In this document: piece after piece, positions 60,334 through 64,000 of the stretch
Numbering within the stretch: the first letter of the stretch is position 1
Layout: each line of letters opens with the position of its first letter
NCBI GenBank assembly: GCA_963732385.1
Contig: CAVSZB010000007.1
Span: 1,216,001 to 1,280,000, forward strand
Direction: 5' to 3'
DNA length: 64,000 nt
Source: an uncultured bacterium
GTDB taxonomy: Bacteria; Krumholzibacteriota; Krumholzibacteriia; LZORAL124-64-63
Notes under the pieces: model-generated
What the model saw: the letters and a program-made list of their open reading frames with translations, nothing else
Database searches by the model: none
Told to the model about the DNA's origin: nothing
Program-made: the position numbers and the translations under genes

Positions 60334-63300
60334 TTACTTTGTCTTCACCGGATCGGCCGGGCGCGAGGGCAGATGCCGCGGCTCCGCGGCCATCTTCGCC
60401 AGCACCTCTTTCACGCCGCGTTCGAGCTGCGGGTCGCCGCCGGCGATGAGCGCGGCCGGGTCGTTGTCCACCTCGATGTCGGGATCGACGCCGTGGCCCT
60501 CGATGATCCACTCGCCGGTCGGGGCGTTGGTGCCGTTCTCGGGCACGTACACGGTGCCGCCGTCGATCAGGGGGCCGCGGCCGGAGATGCCGACCACGCC
60601 GCCCCAGGTCCGCTTGCCGATCAGCGGGCCGAGGCCGGCGGTGCGGAAGCGGTAGGGGAAGATGTCGCCGTCGGAGGCGGCAGTTCTCGTTGATCAGGCA
60701 GGCCAGGTGGCCGTAGAAGCAGGTGTTCGGGTAGGTGGCCGGCAGCTCGCTGATGCGGCCGAAGCGGGTGCCGAGCAGCTGGTTGTCGAGTCGCTCGAGG
60801 ATCCACTGCGAGACGTTGCCGCCGCCGTTGTCGCGCACGTCGACGATCAGCCCCTCCTGGCGGATCTGCGGATAGAACCACTTGATGAACTCGGCGATGC
60901 CGGTCGGCCCCCATGTCGGGGATGTGCAGGTAGCCGACGCGGCCGTCCGACAGCTTGTCGGTCAGCTGCCGCCGGCTCTCCACCCAGTCGTTGTAGATCA
61001 GCGACGACTTCGTCGCGCACCGGCTGGTAGGTCACCGTGCGCGCACCGTCGGGGACGGGACGGGTGTTGAGCGTCAGGGTGACCGGGTCGGTCTTGTGCT
61101 GCAGCAGGCGGTACGGGTTGTCGTTGCCGGCCAGGTCGACGCCGTCGATGGCCAGCACGTAGTCCCCTTCACGCGCGTCGACCCCGACCTCGGTCAGCGG
61201 CGAGCGGTACTTCGGCTCGGCGTTGTCGCCGCGGTAGATCCGCGCGATCCGGTAGCGGTTCGCCTGCGGGTCGAGCGCGAACCGGGCGCCCGGCAGGCCG
61301 ACCGGCGCCCGCGTCGGCACCTCGTAGTCGCCCCCCTCGATGTAGCAGTGCCCGGCGTTGAGTTCGGAGACCATCTCGCCCAGGACGTAGTTCAGGTCGG
61401 AGCGGTGGGCCACGTAGGGCAGCAGGGCGCGGTAGCGGTCGCCGATGGCCCGCCAGTCGTAGCCGTGCATGTTCTCGACGTAGAAGAAGTCGCGGTAGCG
61501 GCGCCACACTTCGTCGAAGATCTGCGTCCACTCCTGCGCCGGCACGCGGTCCACGACCAGCCCGTCGGTGCCGACGGCCTTGGCATCGCCCGGCTTGGGA
61601 CGCGCGTCGTACAGCTTGTAAGCTTTGCCCTGCGCCACGATCAGCTTGCTGCCGTCGCCCGACAGCGCGTAGCCGCCGGAGTCGGCCACCAGCTCGGACT
61701 CCTTGCGCTCCTTCAGGTCGTAGACGCGCACCGACGGCTTCGTGTAGCTGTCGCGACCGTAGAAGGGGGCGCCGCGCTTGACGTAGAAGAGGAAGCCCCT
61801 GGCGGCGGCGAGGTCCTCGATGTTGTCGGCCTCCACCGGCAGGCGGGCGATGCGGCCGGCCAGACCGTCGAAGTCGATGTTGACCTCGGGCGGCGGCGCC
61901 TTTTCGTCCTTCTTCTCGTCCTTCTTGTCGCTCTTCTTGTGCCTTGCCGCCGGCGGCAGCGCCGGCTCGACCGTGACCTCGTCGCTCTGCGGTCCGACCA
62001 GGTTCGGCACGTCGCGGCGCAGCGCCAGCGCGTACACCCCGGTCGTGCGGTTGCCGGCGTAATTCCATTCGAGGCTGCTGATCTGCGGCGCGTAGTCGTG
62101 GTTGGCGAGGCAGAAGAGGTACTTCCCTTCGGGATCCCACACCGGTTCGGACTCGCTGGCGCGCCCGTCGGTCACGCGGCGCACCTGGCCGTCGCGGGCG
62201 CTCCAGACGTGCAGCGCGCTGGCGCCGCTGGTCTCGCTCAGCGAGAAGGCGAGCCACCGGCTGTCGGGCGACCAGGCGTAGTCGCGCACCTGGCCGCGCC
62301 GATCGTCGGCGACCTGGACCAGCCCGCGGTCGGCCAGCGTGAGCACGTAGACGCGGCCGTCCTTGTCGGAGAAGGCGATCGACCTGCCGTCGGGTGACCA
62401 CTCCGGCGCGTAGCGCATCGCCCGGCCGCCCCGGGTGAGCTGCTCGGGCTCGCCCTTTGCCATCCTGCGCGGTCACCCAGACCTCGTCCTCGCCACTGCG
62501 GTCGGAAATGAACGCCACCCGCGCGCCATCGGGCGACCAGCGCGCCCACTTGTCATGCGCGTTCGAGCTGTGGGTAAGATTGCGGGTCGGCCCCTTCTCG
62601 ACCGGCGCCGTGAAGACGTCGCCGCGGGCCACGAACAACGCCCGCTCCCCCTTGGGGCTGAGCGTGTAGTCCTCGATCCGGTCCGCCACCGCGATGCGCG
62701 CGGGGCGCGTCGCCAGGCCGTCGTCGGGCACCGTGATCGCGATCGGCCGGGCCTGGCCGCTGGCGAGGTCATAGACCACCAGTTCGCCGCCCAGCTCGTA
62801 GACGATGCGTCCGCGGTGATCGGTGCCGGGCCAGCGGACGTCCCAGGTGGTGCCGCGGGTGAGCTGGGTGACGGCGTCGCCCGCCTCGTCCCAGCGGTAG
62901 AGGTTGAGCGTGCCGTCGCGGTCGGAAGTGAAGTAGACCGCGCCGCCGATCCAGAGCGGATCGCGCTCTGTACGCGGCGAGGCGGCGATGCGGCGCGCGG
63001 TATTACTGGCCAGGTCGAACACGAACAGGTCCTGCGCGCGTCCCCCCGCGTAGCGCTTCCAGGTGCGGAAATCGCGGAACAGCGGCGAGTAGACCAGCCT
63101 CTGCGCGTCGGGCGCGAAATCGCCCGCGCCGGCCGCCGGCATCGGCAGCGCCACCGGCAGCCCCCCCTCCACGCCCACCGTGTAGAGACGGCTCGTCACG
63201 CCGACCGTGGCGTCGCGCATGGAGCGGAAAAGCACCGCGCGGCCGTCGGGCGTCCAGCCGTAGACCTGGTTGTCCACTCCGTGGCGCGGCGCCATCGGGC

Positions 63301-63634
63301 CGTGCGCCGGGTACCAGGTCAGCCGTCGCGGCTCGCCCCCCTCCGCCGGCACGATGCAGACCTGCTCGTCGCCGTCGTACTGGCCGGTGAAGGCGATCCA
63401 GCGGCCGTCGGGCGAAAAGTGCGGGAACAGCTCCTGCCCCGGATGCGCGGTCACCCGGGCGGCCAAACCGCCGGTGACGGGGGCGGTCCAGATGTCGCCC
63501 CCGTAGCAGAACGCCACCCGGTCGCCGGAGATGGCGGGGAAACGCAGCAGTTTCGTCTGCGCACTGGCGCCGGGCGCCACGCCGGCCACGAGCGCCAGGG
63601 CGGCCACGACAACGGCAAGGGCTCTGCGAACCAT
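60334..63634 (-). CDS. Tricorn protease-like S41 peptidase, four +1 frameshifts (~62457, ~61010, ~60902, ~60681)
   Basis: [18 protein letters not shown]40-like WSPDG repeats, [49 protein letters not shown]. Confidence 0.88.
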
Positions 63635-63714
63635 GGTTCCTCCCGGGGTGGACGGAAACGGATGTGCACGGGATGGCGGCCGGCGGCGATGCGCCGGCCA
63701 CAACCTACGGGATA

Positions 63715-63744
63715 CGGACGGCAACCCGCCCGGGTTGCCGTCCG
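63715..63744. terminator. Hairpin downstream of the last gene
   Basis: CGGACGGCAACCCG/CGGGTTGCCGTCCG inverted repeat. Confidence 0.55.
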
Positions 63745-63778
63745 GCAGGAAACCGCGGTCGGCGGTCCGGTCCGCGGG

Positions 63779-64000
63779 TCAGCCAGCCCTGCCGGCGCGA
63801 ACCTCGTCCTTGATCCGCTTGACGTGGCCGCGGCCGAGTCCCTTCACCTCGCAGCCGAGTTCGAAGTAGCGGCGGATCTTCGCGTCGTCGAGCAGGCCGA
63901 AGCAGTCGATGATCGCCAGCGGGCCTCCCGCGCCGTTCACCACCGCGTCGGGATCGAGCTGCAGGTACTGGCTGTGGCGCACCGCGAAGATGACCGCGTC
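63779..64000 (-). CDS. UDP-glucose/GDP-mannose dehydrogenase family protein, 3' end only
   Basis: DAVIFAVRHSQYL...IIDCFG resembles the C-terminal UDP-binding domain. Confidence 0.6.
   Translation of the reverse strand, partial: DAVIFAVRHSQYLQLDPDAVVNGAGGPLAIIDCFGLLDDAKIRRYFELGCEVKGLGRGHVKRIKDEVRAGRAG

Overview
High-GC bacterial chromosomal segment. It probably comes from a metagenome assembly of an FCB-type lineage, inferred from three proteins carrying C-terminal FlgD-like 'PNPxNP' sorting domains. Contents in order: a cobalamin-riboswitch-controlled B12 uptake/salvage operon (TonB receptor, beta-propeller protein, PduO-type adenosyltransferase); housekeeping and metabolic genes (Dus, eukaryote-type citrate synthase, RluA, prolyl oligopeptidase); an unassigned structured RNA with a terminator; a gap gene coupled to a GAPDH paralog that lacks the catalytic Cys; an orphan ParA; an Rdx/SelW selenoprotein with a SECIS that the ORF track missed; a large orphan membrane protein resembling GAP1; a 43-heme electron-transfer locus (19-heme and 11-heme CbcL-like cytochrome bc fusions, HybA/HybB-like pair, 13-heme cytochrome); and a Cus-type Cu/Ag efflux operon. 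In the last 10 kb, four consecutive genes (transketolase, penicillin acylase, SBBP-repeat protein, tricorn protease) are broken by about 13 single-base frameshifts, most likely sequencing errors. No rRNA, tRNA, CRISPR array or mobile element was seen.
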